Virus record (IMG/VR): IMGVR_UViG_3300020578_000040 | Location: 17,367 to 81,366 of that record | Origin: a virus | Direction: 5' to 3' (one strand) | DNA length: 64,000 nucleotides | In this document: positions 8,534-16,800 of the stretch, piece by piece | Layout of the letters: each line of letters starts with the position of its first letter | Numbering within the stretch: position 1 is the first letter of the stretch | Translations under genes and position numbers: made by a program | The notes under the pieces: model-generated | The model's database searches: none | Seen by the model: only the letters and a program-made list of their open reading frames with translations | Told to the model about the DNA's origin: nothing

Positions 8534-8652
8534 CAATCCGAGTGTTCGACCCGAACCCGACATACGACGAATGGTGCGAGGCGAACGGCCTCGACCCTGA
8601 CAACGACGAGACCTACAACGCTTACTGCGAATGGAGAAGCAACAACCGATGA
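8530..8652 (+). CDS. small acidic hypothetical protein (40 aa, not in ORF track)
   Basis: MTIRVFDPNPDTYDEWCEANGLDPDNDETYNAYCEWRSNNR*; ATGA overlaps at both ends. Confidence 0.7.
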   Translation: MTIRVFDPNPTYDEWCEANGLDPDNDETYNAYCEWRSNNR

Positions 8653-8990
8653 CCACGCACAACTACAACTCGATTCCCGAGGAGTTCCGGATGTACGTCC
8701 AGCAACCGCTCGACGACTCCATGCTCGATGAGCGGAAATACTCACTCAAGATCACGGACGAGATGGAACACTCCCGTGGGATCGCATGGGTGGGCAGTCT
8801 CACGGCCGGCGACAAGATCATTGCCACGGTCGAGAACGCCGGCCACGGTGGTGCCAACGACTACATCATCGCCAACGACTCCCTGTGGGATGTGTTCGTC
8901 GAGGATGCGTACACTGCGTATGGCAATCGAGGCGAGGCCAAGGACTCGCTCGTCCAACTGATCGACGTACTCACAGCGGTGACGGTGTGA
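8649..8990 (+). CDS. hypothetical protein
   Basis: ATGA-coupled; VENAGHGG motif. Confidence 0.75.
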   Translation: MTTHNYNSIPEEFRMYVQQPLDDSMLDERKYSLKITDEMEHSRGIAWVGSLTAGDKIIATVENAGHGGANDYIIANDSLWDVFVEDAYTAYGNRGEAKDSLVQLIDVLTAVTV

Positions 8991-9151
8991 AACCCACGCT
9001 CGACCAAGAAGTAACAGCACTCGATTCCTTGCTGGCCAAGATCGATTTCGCCCTGAGCGAGATCGGGCACAAGACGGTCGTGGAGGCACCAGTCATGGTG
9101 GACTTACTACTCGACATTCGCTTCTTGGCAACAACAGTCAAGGACACCTGA
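8987..9151 (+). CDS. hypothetical protein (54 aa)
   Basis: GTGA overlap; last gene before the terminator. Confidence 0.65.
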   Translation: MKPTLDQEVTALDSLLAKIDFALSEIGHKTVVEAPVMVDLLLDIRFLATTVKDT

Positions 9152-9169
9152 TCACTGGTGGTAGGTGAC

Positions 9170-9208
9170 GCAGAGGGGCGGGCCGAAAGGCTCGCCCCTT
9201 TGTGCTTT
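9170..9208 (+). terminator. intrinsic terminator between convergent genes
   Basis: AGGGGCGGGCC-GAAA-GGCTCGCCCCT followed by TTGTGCTTT. Confidence 0.75.
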
Positions 9209-9476
9209 ACTTGCGTAGAAAGTTGTCGAGTGTTCGCCAGTACCGCCACGCAACGCCGGCACCGACCAATGGCAACAGCCGTGGCTGGACAGCCAGCACC
9301 TCAGCCTCGTTGAGGTTGAGGAGAATCGCGTAGGCCAGCACGCCCTCGAAGGCACCGGTCACCGCAGCGAGGATCAGTCCGACTGGCGTATTGACCCGAC
9401 GCACGAACACCCGTTCATCGTCATCGTCCCACTCGTACTCGACTTCGCGCTTGTCGGTTGAACGCAACTGCTTCAC
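9207..9476 (-). CDS. small membrane protein
   Basis: Two hydrophobic segments; AAAGGAAAGG RBS. Confidence 0.7.
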   Translation of the reverse strand: MKQLRSTDKREVEYEWDDDDERVFVRRVNTPVGLILAAVTGAFEGVLAYAILLNLNEAEVLAVQPRLLPLVGAGVAWRYWRTLDNFLRK

Positions 9477-9847
9477 TGTGCCTTTCCTTTCAGGATTTGA
9501 TGGACGCGCTGACGCGACAAACCTACTCGATCCGCGATCTGCTGTAGGCTCAGTCGCATCCCGCGCAGCGTGTGGACATCACGGTGCATAGCGATGTTCA
9601 TCTTCGCCCCAGGCGCACGAGCCTCCCACTCCCATGAAGGGATGTGCTCGAAGGCCTGAGCCTGCTCGATGGTCAAGAGCCCCGCTCGGTAGCGACTCTT
9701 GATGTAACTGGCCCACCGGCCGATGGCGACTCGTTCGCCGGCCGCACCGCGCGTATTGTGCGACAGCGGGATATTTGTGTGGCCATTCTCTCGCGCGTAT
9801 TTCTCGATCATGTGAACGCGCGTATGGAACTGTTCGTCTCGGGTCAT
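9473..9847 (-). CDS. helicase-associated (HA) domain + HTH DNA-binding protein; candidate repressor
   Basis: Y..ENGH..IP...IGRW....SRY..GLL...W.W resembles the HA domain; C-terminal SLQQIADRVGLSRQRVHQIL HTH. Confidence 0.75.
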   Translation of the reverse strand: MTRDEQFHTRVHMIEKYARENGHTNIPLSHNTRGAAGERVAIGRWASYIKSRYRAGLLTIEQAQAFEHIPSWEWEARAPGAKMNIAMHRDVHTLRGMRLSLQQIADRVGLSRQRVHQILKGKAQ

Positions 9848-9883
9848 GTCAATAAGTTAGCCCACGGTGCGCGTATGTGTCAA
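9848..9883 (-). promoter_or_regulatory. leaderless sigma-A promoter of the HA-HTH gene with an operator-like site in the spacer
   Basis: TTGACA (9883-9878)-18-TAACTT (9859-9854)-6 nt-ATG; GCGCGTAT within the spacer. Confidence 0.7.
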
Positions 9884-9901
9884 GGTTTGCGCGGATTGTT
9901 T

Positions 9902-9987
9902 CGATTTGACGGCCAGCCATTTATCTGATAGATTTGGCTTTGGCGGTTGAGAGATTGCCATTTAGTACCTACTACCAAAGGAGAGTT
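9902..9987 (+). promoter_or_regulatory. early promoter cassette
   Basis: TTGACG(9906)-17-TAGATT; TGGCGGTT-GAGA-GATTGCCA hairpin; TACCTACTACCAAAGGAG. Confidence 0.8.
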
Positions 9988-10182
9988 ATGGGAACCCCCC
10001 ATGAAGATACAGAGTTGCGCAACGCCGACGGCGATAACTGTTGCGAGTGCGGTGAGGTCATGCTCGCCATGTTCGGCAATGGGCCGGTTCGTTTCGAGGA
10101 TGGCTTTGCGCACGAGCAGTGCGCCCTCGATGCGGAGGCGTTCGACGCGGATGCTTATTTCGCAAAGTTCGAGGAGGCGTGA
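9988..10182 (+). CDS. small Cys/His protein
   Basis: CCEC...HEQC; strong RBS. Confidence 0.7.
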   Translation: MGTPHEDTELRNADGDNCCECGEVMLAMFGNGPVRFEDGFAHEQCALDAEAFDADAYFAKFEEA

Positions 10183-10466
10183 TCGTGGGTATCGACCCCT
10201 GCACATACTGCGGTGAGTCCACCGCCCTCGGGGCCACACGCCACGATGGATCACTGATTGGCAAGTTCATCAACCGCATTCCCGTGGATGACGGCTGGGG
10301 CTGTGCCGAGTGTTCTGGATTCAAGTGCGACGAGTGCGAGAAGCAGATTTATCTCGACCACGAAGTCCGCGTCGATTTCACCGACCCCATCACCGGCAAG
10401 TACCGCTACGGCAACTACCACGAAGAGTGCTACTCGGCCGAGATACATGGGCCGTGTGAGTACTGA
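10179..10466 (+). CDS. Zn-finger hypothetical protein
   Basis: Three CxxC plus HxxC; GAGGAGG RBS. Confidence 0.75.
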   Translation: MIVGIDPCTYCGESTALGATRHDGSLIGKFINRIPVDDGWGCAECSGFKCDECEKQIYLDHEVRVDFTDPITGKYRYGNYHEECYSAEIHGPCEY

Positions 10467-10547
10467 TTTGATCCATTCGCTTACAGGTGATAGGATTGCC
10501 TCAGTGGCAGGCGACTGCCACCACCTACTAACTACAGAGGAGTACCA
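10464..10547 (+). promoter_or_regulatory. early promoter cassette
   Basis: TTGATC-17-TAGGAT; GTGGCAG-GCGA-CTGCCAC hairpin. Confidence 0.75.
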
Positions 10548-10988
10548 ATGAAGTACATCGTCCACGAAGGAACCGGCACCATCATCAGTGCCGACGAGTG
10601 CGTCATCGTCAGTGTCCCCAGGGAAATCTTGGATGCCATGAGCGGTGACGACTACTTCGACGATCAGCAGGTTCTCGACCTCGCAGTCGAAGCCGGCAAG
10701 CCCATCAACCTGACCGACATGACGTACGGCAACACCATGGCATTCTCGCCTTCCGCTCTCCGTGAGGAGGCTCGGGAGATGATCGATGCCGAGTTGTTCG
10801 GCACCGAGGAGAGTTGGCACGAAGCACTCGTGTGGTGTGCGAACACCGCCACCGACGACGAACTGAATGCCGTTGCGTCATACATCCTCGATGACGATGA
10901 TCTGTGGAGAACCTTCCGCGTCAGCGTCACCGACGGCCTGCTTCAGGGCCTGATCTGGCACAAAGAATCACTGAAAGGAAAGTCGTGA
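10548..10988 (+). CDS. acidic hypothetical protein
   Basis: GAGGAG RBS; 146 aa. Confidence 0.8.
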   Translation: MKYIVHEGTGTIISADECVIVSVPREILDAMSGDDYFDDQQVLDLAVEAGKPINLTDMTYGNTMAFSPSALREEAREMIDAELFGTEESWHEALVWCANTATDDELNAVASYILDDDDLWRTFRVSVTDGLLQGLIWHKESLKGKS

Positions 10989-11230
10989 ACTCGACACATC
11001 TCACCCACATATTCACACTCCCGGAGCGTTCGCTCACGTCGAGGATCGAGAACGGAGAGGAAGTGATCGTTGGCATCCACATTGGTAACAACAACTTCAT
11101 CACCATTCATCTCTCGGCCAACGCGAACGGCGATCTCGACTACGAGGTGGTGGAGGATGCCAACCCCGACGTTGGTTTCGCCGGCACCTATCCCGAGTTC
11201 TTCGATTTGACCGCTATCAGCACCAACTGA
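10985..11230 (+). CDS. hypothetical protein
   Basis: GAAAGGA RBS; GTGA overlap. Confidence 0.7.
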   Translation: MNSTHLTHIFTLPERSLTSRIENGEEVIVGIHIGNNNFITIHLSANANGDLDYEVVEDANPDVGFAGTYPEFFDLTAISTN

Positions 11231-11294
11231 TAGGATTGCCTCAGTGGCAGGCGACTGCCACCACATACTTACTACCTACTACCGAAAGGCAAAC
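11203..11294 (+). promoter_or_regulatory. early promoter cassette
   Basis: TTGACC(11207)-18-TAGGAT; 37 bp identical to 10488-10524. Confidence 0.8.
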
Positions 11295-11516
11295 ATGAAA
11301 CAGCATCACTTCGTGGTCTGCGCTACGTTCGATGAGAACGGCGACCCACATTTCGAGATCACCGATTCCATCTGTGATCCCACGAAGCCCGTGTGGGACA
11401 CGGAGTCAGAGATGTGGGGTCGCGTATCAGCAGGGGATGAGGATGACGACTTCCTCCTCCTGACCGCCCTGAAGGAAGCCCTGACCGAAGCAAATCTCAC
11501 AAAGGAGACATCATGA
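11295..11516 (+). CDS. hypothetical protein
   Basis: ATG after TACCTACTACCGAAAGG. Confidence 0.7.
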   Translation: MKQHHFVVCATFDENGDPHFEITDSICDPTKPVWDTESEMWGRVSAGDEDDDFLLLTALKEALTEANLTKETS

Positions 11517-11707
11517 CCATCAGCATGGTTGAGAAGGATTACGCCGTTCTGTTCGTCGGCGATTACTTCTCCATGACAGTTCACGTACAAGGAGTTGAGG
11601 GCGACGAAGATGTCGCCATCGATCTTGCCAGCAACATCATCAAGGATTTCTATGGCTGGGATGTGCGAAGCGCATCCACCATCGATATCGAGGTAACAGA
11701 GGAATGA
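11513..11707 (+). CDS. hypothetical protein
   Basis: AAAGGAG RBS; coupled. Confidence 0.7.
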   Translation: MTISMVEKDYAVLFVGDYFSMTVHVQGVEGDEDVAIDLASNIIKDFYGWDVRSASTIDIEVTEE

Positions 11708-11913
11708 TTATCATGGACCTACACACCTGTCCGCGTTGTTTTGGGGGAATCCCCAACAACGTACGCCGAGGCGAATACCCTGGCGCGCTCTCCCGCACCG
11801 ACAACAAGACGCACGTCTGCTCGGCCTGCGGGGAACTCGAAGCACTGGAAGATTTCCAGTTCGGATCGCCACTTCCGCAATCCCTGTGGCAAGCAGTCAC
11901 CACCAACACCTGA
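11704..11913 (+). CDS. Zn-ribbon phage protein
   Basis: CPRC...ALSRTDN...CSACG. Confidence 0.75.
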   Translation: MIIMDLHTCPRCFGGIPNNVRRGEYPGALSRTDNKTHVCSACGELEALEDFQFGSPLPQSLWQAVTTNT

Positions 11914-11921
11914 GGAGAACA

Positions 11922-12335
11922 ATGTTCGATTTCGATTACAAGCCCCCGTTCGATGGGATGCACCCACTCGACACCGACAAACTGGTCTGGCTGTCAGAGG
12001 CCCGAAGCAACATGATGGCCAAGGTCATGGCTGAGGGAAAGTTCACGCCGGCCACGCTGTCCAACATTAAGGAGTATTTGCTCCGCGTCACCGGTCTCAC
12101 CCCTGAGGAGTACAACGAACTCAGCAGGATCGGGATGTGGATCGCCTGGGACCGCGAGGTTCGTGACATGAACGAAGAGGGGCGCGCTGCCTACTGGGCG
12201 AAGTATCACGCCGACGATGAGGAGCACGCGCAAGAACTCGACGCAGAGGTGTCCGAGGACTTTCGCAAGTTCATGGCCGCCCGACAGGCCGAGCGCGAAG
12301 CGTTCGACGAGATCACCAAGAACATCAACAACTGA
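11922..12335 (+). CDS. hypothetical protein
   Basis: GAGGAG RBS before ATG 11922. Confidence 0.75.
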   Translation: MFDFDYKPPFDGMHPLDTDKLVWLSEARSNMMAKVMAEGKFTPATLSNIKEYLLRVTGLTPEEYNELSRIGMWIAWDREVRDMNEEGRAAYWAKYHADDEEHAQELDAEVSEDFRKFMAARQAEREAFDEITKNINN

Positions 12336-12338
12336 GAT

Positions 12339-12371
12339 TTATAGGGGGTAGCCTAGCGCTGCCCCCTATAA
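12339..12371. terminator. hairpin ending the early region
   Basis: TTATAGGGGGTAGC-CTAGC-GCTGCCCCCTATAA. Confidence 0.6.
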
Positions 12372-12391
12372 GCGTTTACTAGGGAACAATC

Positions 12392-12763
12392 ATGACATTC
12401 TCACTACCTGACGATGGAGTTATTTTCGAGTTGGAGTCTGGCGAACTTTCCGCCACGGTCATCCTGGCCGGCGACATAGCAATGAAGCACGAGGCGGGCC
12501 CCATCATCCACCCTACGTTCGATAAGAAGCGCGTCATCGTGGCATTCAACGCGCGTGCCTACAAGTGGCGGATCAAGAAGTTGATCGAACACTTTCAGGA
12601 GCGCCGGCCCTGGGAGGACAAAGACACGATCCTGAAGGGATGCGTGGACGAACTGAATCGCAAGTACTTCGAACTGACGGCGGCTGCGCTTCATGACTAC
12701 TACATTCAGGAAGGCCTCGCAGGATTTGCCGATATTGATGACGATCTCGATGACCAGTCGTGA
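12392..12763 (+). CDS. hypothetical protein
   Basis: 123-aa ORF. Confidence 0.7.
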   Translation: MTFSLPDDGVIFELESGELSATVILAGDIAMKHEAGPIIHPTFDKKRVIVAFNARAYKWRIKKLIEHFQERRPWEDKDTILKGCVDELNRKYFELTAAALHDYYIQEGLAGFADIDDDLDDQS

Positions 12764-13253
12764 TAAGAATGACGGTATGCATATCGAGCCGACTACCTGG
12801 AAAGAGGCGGCCGAAACCGCAAGCGAAATCATCTTTGGATGCGTGCGTCCTCATGCGAAGGTTTCAGTGGCCGGCCTGAAGGAGCATCACGAGAAGATCA
12901 TCAATGATTTCTTCGAGAGCCCGACGACCGATTTACTGATTGCTCGATGGTCCACCCTTGGATCGATGGCGATTGAATACTCAATTCAAGATGACTCCGC
13001 GATTTCGGCAAAGACCCTGGTCACCACGCTGTGCAAGAAGCAGCACGACTATGGTCCGAACAACATCCTGCGGTTCGGGCAGAAGGGTTTAATGATTCGA
13101 GTCTGGGATAAGATTTCGCGTCTTGACAACCTCTCGACCCAGGATTACGCCCCAGAAGTCGATGAATCCAAAATTGACACATTGCTTGACATTGCCGGGT
13201 ACTCAACCATTGGTATCATGTTGAGACGAGGATGGTTCCGTCTCCCTCTCTGA
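12750..13253 (+). CDS. DUF1599 / nucleotide-modification-associated domain protein
   Basis: KKQHDYG...IRVWDKISRL...ESKIDTLLDIAGY. Confidence 0.75.
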   Translation: MTSRDKNDGMHIEPTTWKEAAETASEIIFGCVRPHAKVSVAGLKEHHEKIINDFFESPTTDLLIARWSTLGSMAIEYSIQDDSAISAKTLVTTLCKKQHDYGPNNILRFGQKGLMIRVWDKISRLDNLSTQDYAPEVDESKIDTLLDIAGYSTIGIMLRRGWFRLPL

Positions 13254-13287
13254 GGGGGCTTTCCTCCACATAAACGGAACAACGCTG

Positions 13288-13507
13288 CTCGATGCAGTGA
13301 CGGAAGGAATGGGCGGGACCGCCAGCAGCCGTCGCTAGAAGAACTGTATTGAGGACTGGTGCAACTCCAGCGCGGTCGTAAGGAAACTTAGGGACCTTAC
13401 GCCTATGGACCACGCGATCCGGTGAAAACCTCGGAAGTGATCTTTAGGATATGCCCCTTAATACCTCCAGGGTTCAACACCCTTCTGGGGGTAGGGGGGC
13501 CTATTCT
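13288..13507 (+). ncRNA. candidate structured non-coding RNA
   Basis: At least five helices with many G-U pairs and three T-loop-like hairpins (see findings). Confidence 0.5.
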
Positions 13508-13624
13508 CCCGCTCTCCGGCTCTCCCTCAGAAGTAAGCCTGGGGTGAAGGTAAAGCGAAGATCGAGCCTGGTACGGTGTAGGGTAAGAAACCCAAACAAA
13601 CTAGAGATAGGGTGGAGGCCTACT

Positions 13625-14053
13625 GTGAATGATGAAGATGAACAACTGACACTTTTTGACGATCCAAATGTTCAAAAGGTTGTTCCTGAATTGCCGGTAC
13701 AACACACCTCCGCGGAATCGCGTGCTTATGTTGCCAAGGCAAATAACGCTGAAGTTGTCGAACTGTTCCAACTTTGGCAGCAAACTCTTCACCAATCTGC
13801 GGCGTCCGGTGTTCTTCTCACGGAAAAGCGCTACGCGCGTATCGCTGCGGCGCTGTGCATTTACGGAATCGATACGTGCCGGCTCGCCATCAGGGGATGC
13901 GCGAAGTCCGGTTGGCATATGGGAGACAATCCCCGCGGCGCCAAGTACACCGATATCGATTTGATCTTCAGGTCCCATGACCACGTGCAACGGTTTGTTA
14001 GTCTGGCCCTGGGCGAGACCGACGCGGCCCGTGCGTTCATGGAGGAAGAGTGA
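13625..14053 (+). CDS. replication initiator/replisome organizer C-terminal-like domain protein
   Basis: GGAGG RBS; LT.KR...I...GWHMG.N..G.KY.DIDLIF pattern; upstream of loader and helicase. Confidence 0.6.
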   Translation: MNDEDEQLTLFDDPNVQKVVPELPVQHTSAESRAYVAKANNAEVVELFQLWQQTLHQSAASGVLLTEKRYARIAAALCIYGIDTCRLAIRGCAKSGWHMGDNPRGAKYTDIDLIFRSHDHVQRFVSLALGETDAARAFMEEE

Positions 14054-14514
14054 CCAAGGAAGAGATTGTCAAAATAGTTGACAGAGTTTGTTCCGCCTGG
14101 AACCAGAACTTGGTCATGTCGGCCAAGAAGGAAATGTACGAGACTTGGTATCACGTACTCCAGGACATCGACGGCGTCAATGTTTTGCGCGTAATTGACG
14201 ATCTCATTATCGAGGATGAGCGCTTCATGCCGCGCGTAGGCACGGTGCGCAAAAGAGTCCTCATTCAGAAGATCGAAGCCCCGCTGGAGCCCATCATCGC
14301 GTGGCAGCAGTTCCGTTCGATAGCAGACTCTGCGGGAGCCGGCGTCGAAATACTTGACATGCATCCCCTGGTTCGTGTAACTTTGAACCGCCTTGGCGGC
14401 ACGAGCGCGTTCGGCCTCCACACCAACGGGGATCGCGAATCGTTTCTCTCTGTGTACAGGCTCGTCGTAGCAGAATGGGAGAGGGAGCACTATGGCATCA
14501 ACCGAGGTCGATAA
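14050..14514 (+). CDS. replicative helicase loader/inhibitor-like protein
   Basis: MTKEE...W...L.D......V...I...ERFMP.V pattern (G39P-like); gene context. Confidence 0.65.
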   Translation: MTKEEIVKIVDRVCSAWNQNLVMSAKKEMYETWYHVLQDIDGVNVLRVIDDLIIEDERFMPRVGTVRKRVLIQKIEAPLEPIIAWQQFRSIADSAGAGVEILDMHPLVRVTLNRLGGTSAFGLHTNGDRESFLSVYRLVVAEWEREHYGINRGR

Positions 14515-16198
14515 CTTCCTGGAGCGCCTCAACGGTGTGCGTAAGGACGGCTCAGGATGGATGGCCAGGTGCCCATGCCGGGATGACGACAAGAATCCCT
14601 CGATGCACATTGCCGAGGGGGGCGACGGCCGCGTGCTCGTCACGTGCCACCGGGGGACGCCCTGCTCCCTCGATCAGATTTGCGCTGCGGTGGGGCTCGA
14701 TGTCAAGGACCTGATGCCGCCGCGCAAGGAGAAGGACGAAGAGCCGCGCCTTACCCTTGTCAAGGCTTACAACTACTACGACCAGAACGGGGAGATGCTG
14801 TTCCAGAAGCAGCGCTTCGTTGATCAGTTCGGCAAGAAGACATTCCGCCAGCGCAAGCCAGACGGCCGCGGCGGGTGGACATACTCACTGGGATCAACGC
14901 CCAAGGTTCTGTACAACCTGCCGGCAGTTGTCCAGGCAGCGGCCAACGGTGGGCATATATGGGTCGTTGAGGGCGAGAAGGATGCCGATGCTGTCAACGA
15001 AACCGGTGAAGTCGCAACGACGATGCCCAACGGTGCGGGCTCATGGCAGCGGATTCACACCGAAGCCCTGGCCGGCGCATCAGTCACGATTATTGCTGAC
15101 AACGATAAGACAGGACTCGAACATGCGGCTCACGTGTTTCGCGAACTTCAGGCCGCCGGCTGCGAAGTCGAGGCATTCCGGCCGCCGGATAACGCCAAGG
15201 ATGTGGCCGAACTTCTGGGAAGAGGAGAGCCACTCGCCAACCTTATCCCCTACAACCCGCTAGAAGAATCTCCTGAACCGATCCAGGAGCGCGACGAGTT
15301 CGCAGAACTGATCGACGGTTTGCATAAGTTGCACGACAATCAGCGGCTGACAATCCAGCAGAAGTTGACCCGGGCCCGCAACGCGATCGATCGCATCCAG
15401 TTCGATGACGAAGGGTTCTACGACTCAGGGACCCTGGTCGACTGGGCGGAGTTCATCGCTGAAAGTGTTGACGAGGATTATGACTGGGTCATCCCGGGCG
15501 CGCTCGAGCGCAGCGAGCGGGTGATTGTGGTGGCGGCCGAAGGTGTAGGCAAGACGATGCTGGCCCGCCAGGTGGCGATCATGTCCGCTGCCGGCATTCA
15601 GCCATTCACCTGGGGCCGGATGAAGCCGATCAGAACTTTGACGATTGACCTCGAAAACCCCGCACGCATCATCCGGCGCACATCATCCAAGATCATGCGG
15701 GCGGCACAAGAGCGGGCCCGCTCCACCAAGATCGAGGCGCATCTCCTCATCAAGCCCGCCGGCCTTGACCTACTCAACTCCCAGGACAGGATTCTGGTCG
15801 AGGACGTCATCGAGCGCACCAGGCCTGAACTGATCTGCCTGGGCCCGCTGTACAAAGCGTTCGTTGATCCAGGCTCACGAACCAGCGAATCGATCGCCAT
15901 CGAGGTGGCGAAGTACCTGGACTCGATCCGCACGCACTACAAGTGCGCCCTATGGCTGGAACATCACGCACCTTTGGGGTCATCGGTAGGCGGAAGAGAC
16001 CTGCGGCCCTTCGGCTCCGCGGTCTGGTCGCGCTGGCCTGAATTCGGATTGGCATTAGAGCCTGATCCAGTGGCTACCGAGAGGTATACTTATATTGTCA
16101 AAAACTTCCGAGGCGGGCGCGATGTTCGTAACTGGCCGCGGAGGATGCAGCGAGACGAGTTGTTCCCCTTCAGAGTCATCGAGTTCCGGGAGCCGTAA
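14492..16198 (+). CDS. DNA primase-helicase (Zn finger + TOPRIM + RepA/AAA_25 helicase)
   Basis: CPCRDD...CHRG..C; VVEGEKDAD; ADND; AAEGVGKT; IDLEN; LEHH. Confidence 0.9.
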   Translation: MASTEVDNFLERLNGVRKDGSGWMARCPCRDDDKNPSMHIAEGGDGRVLVTCHRGTPCSLDQICAAVGLDVKDLMPPRKEKDEEPRLTLVKAYNYYDQNGEMLFQKQRFVDQFGKKTFRQRKPDGRGGWTYSLGSTPKVLYNLPAVVQAAANGGHIWVVEGEKDADAVNETGEVATTMPNGAGSWQRIHTEALAGASVTIIADNDKTGLEHAAHVFRELQAAGCEVEAFRPPDNAKDVAELLGRGEPLANLIPYNPLEESPEPIQERDEFAELIDGLHKLHDNQRLTIQQKLTRARNAIDRIQFDDEGFYDSGTLVDWAEFIAESVDEDYDWVIPGALERSERVIVVAAEGVGKTMLARQVAIMSAAGIQPFTWGRMKPIRTLTIDLENPARIIRRTSSKIMRAAQERARSTKIEAHLLIKPAGLDLLNSQDRILVEDVIERTRPELICLGPLYKAFVDPGSRTSESIAIEVAKYLDSIRTHYKCALWLEHHAPLGSSVGGRDLRPFGSAVWSRWPEFGLALEPDPVATERYTYIVKNFRGGRDVRNWPRRMQRDELFPFRVIEFREP

Positions 16199-16800
16199 TG
16201 GCCGGCTTATCCAAAGAGTTCCTAGCCGAGCGCGATCTACGCATCTTCAAGATGCGCCAAGCCGGCGTATCTGTCAACGAAATTGCACGACGGTTTGGCA
16301 TATCGGTAGGCGCATGTAGCAATGCGATCCAGCGGCAACTACAGAAGTTAAACAAAGAAGCGCTCATGGCGTACCCAGAAGTGCTTCGAATGGAACTGGA
16401 GCGACTAGACGCACTGCAGCAGGCCGTCTGGCCGATGACTCAGCACCGCAAGGTGGCCCTCAACGACGGCACGGAAACGACGGTCGAGCCTGATCTCAAG
16501 GCAATTCAACAGGTGCTGGCCATCATGGACCGGCGGAGTAAGTTGCTGGGCATGGAGCAGACGAACGTATCGCTCACGGTAGACACAAGTGACCAACCGG
16601 CCAGAGCCGCTCTGGCGGGCGCTGACGCCCCTCTGGCGGTCTCTTTGGTGTCCGCTGAGCAGGAAGCGCGTAAGTTGCTCGAACTCATGGGAGCCGCCGG
16701 CGTACTGCCTCTAGATGTCGTGCGCCAGATCACAGGGGACTCTGAAGCCCCGCGCGCGCTACCCACCGCACAGCCCCGGGAGGAGAGCGCGTATGAGTGA
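16198..16800 (+). CDS. HTH protein (possible terminase small subunit)
   Basis: R.AG.S..EIARRFG HTH; ELERLDAL...W; MDRRSKLLG. Confidence 0.65.
   Translation: MAGLSKEFLAERDLRIFKMRQAGVSVNEIARRFGISVGACSNAIQRQLQKLNKEALMAYPEVLRMELERLDALQQAVWPMTQHRKVALNDGTETTVEPDLKAIQQVLAIMDRRSKLLGMEQTNVSLTVDTSDQPARAALAGADAPLAVSLVSAEQEARKLLELMGAAGVLPLDVVRQITGDSEAPRALPTAQPREESAYE

Noticed and set aside
13299-13333. SRP RNA (GGAAGGAA and AGCAGC present)
   Set aside because: Motif order and the CAGG/GNRA helix-8 geometry do not fit
13350-13490. tRNA genes suggested by T-loop-like hairpins
   Set aside because: No cloverleaf, acceptor stem or anticodon arm could be built
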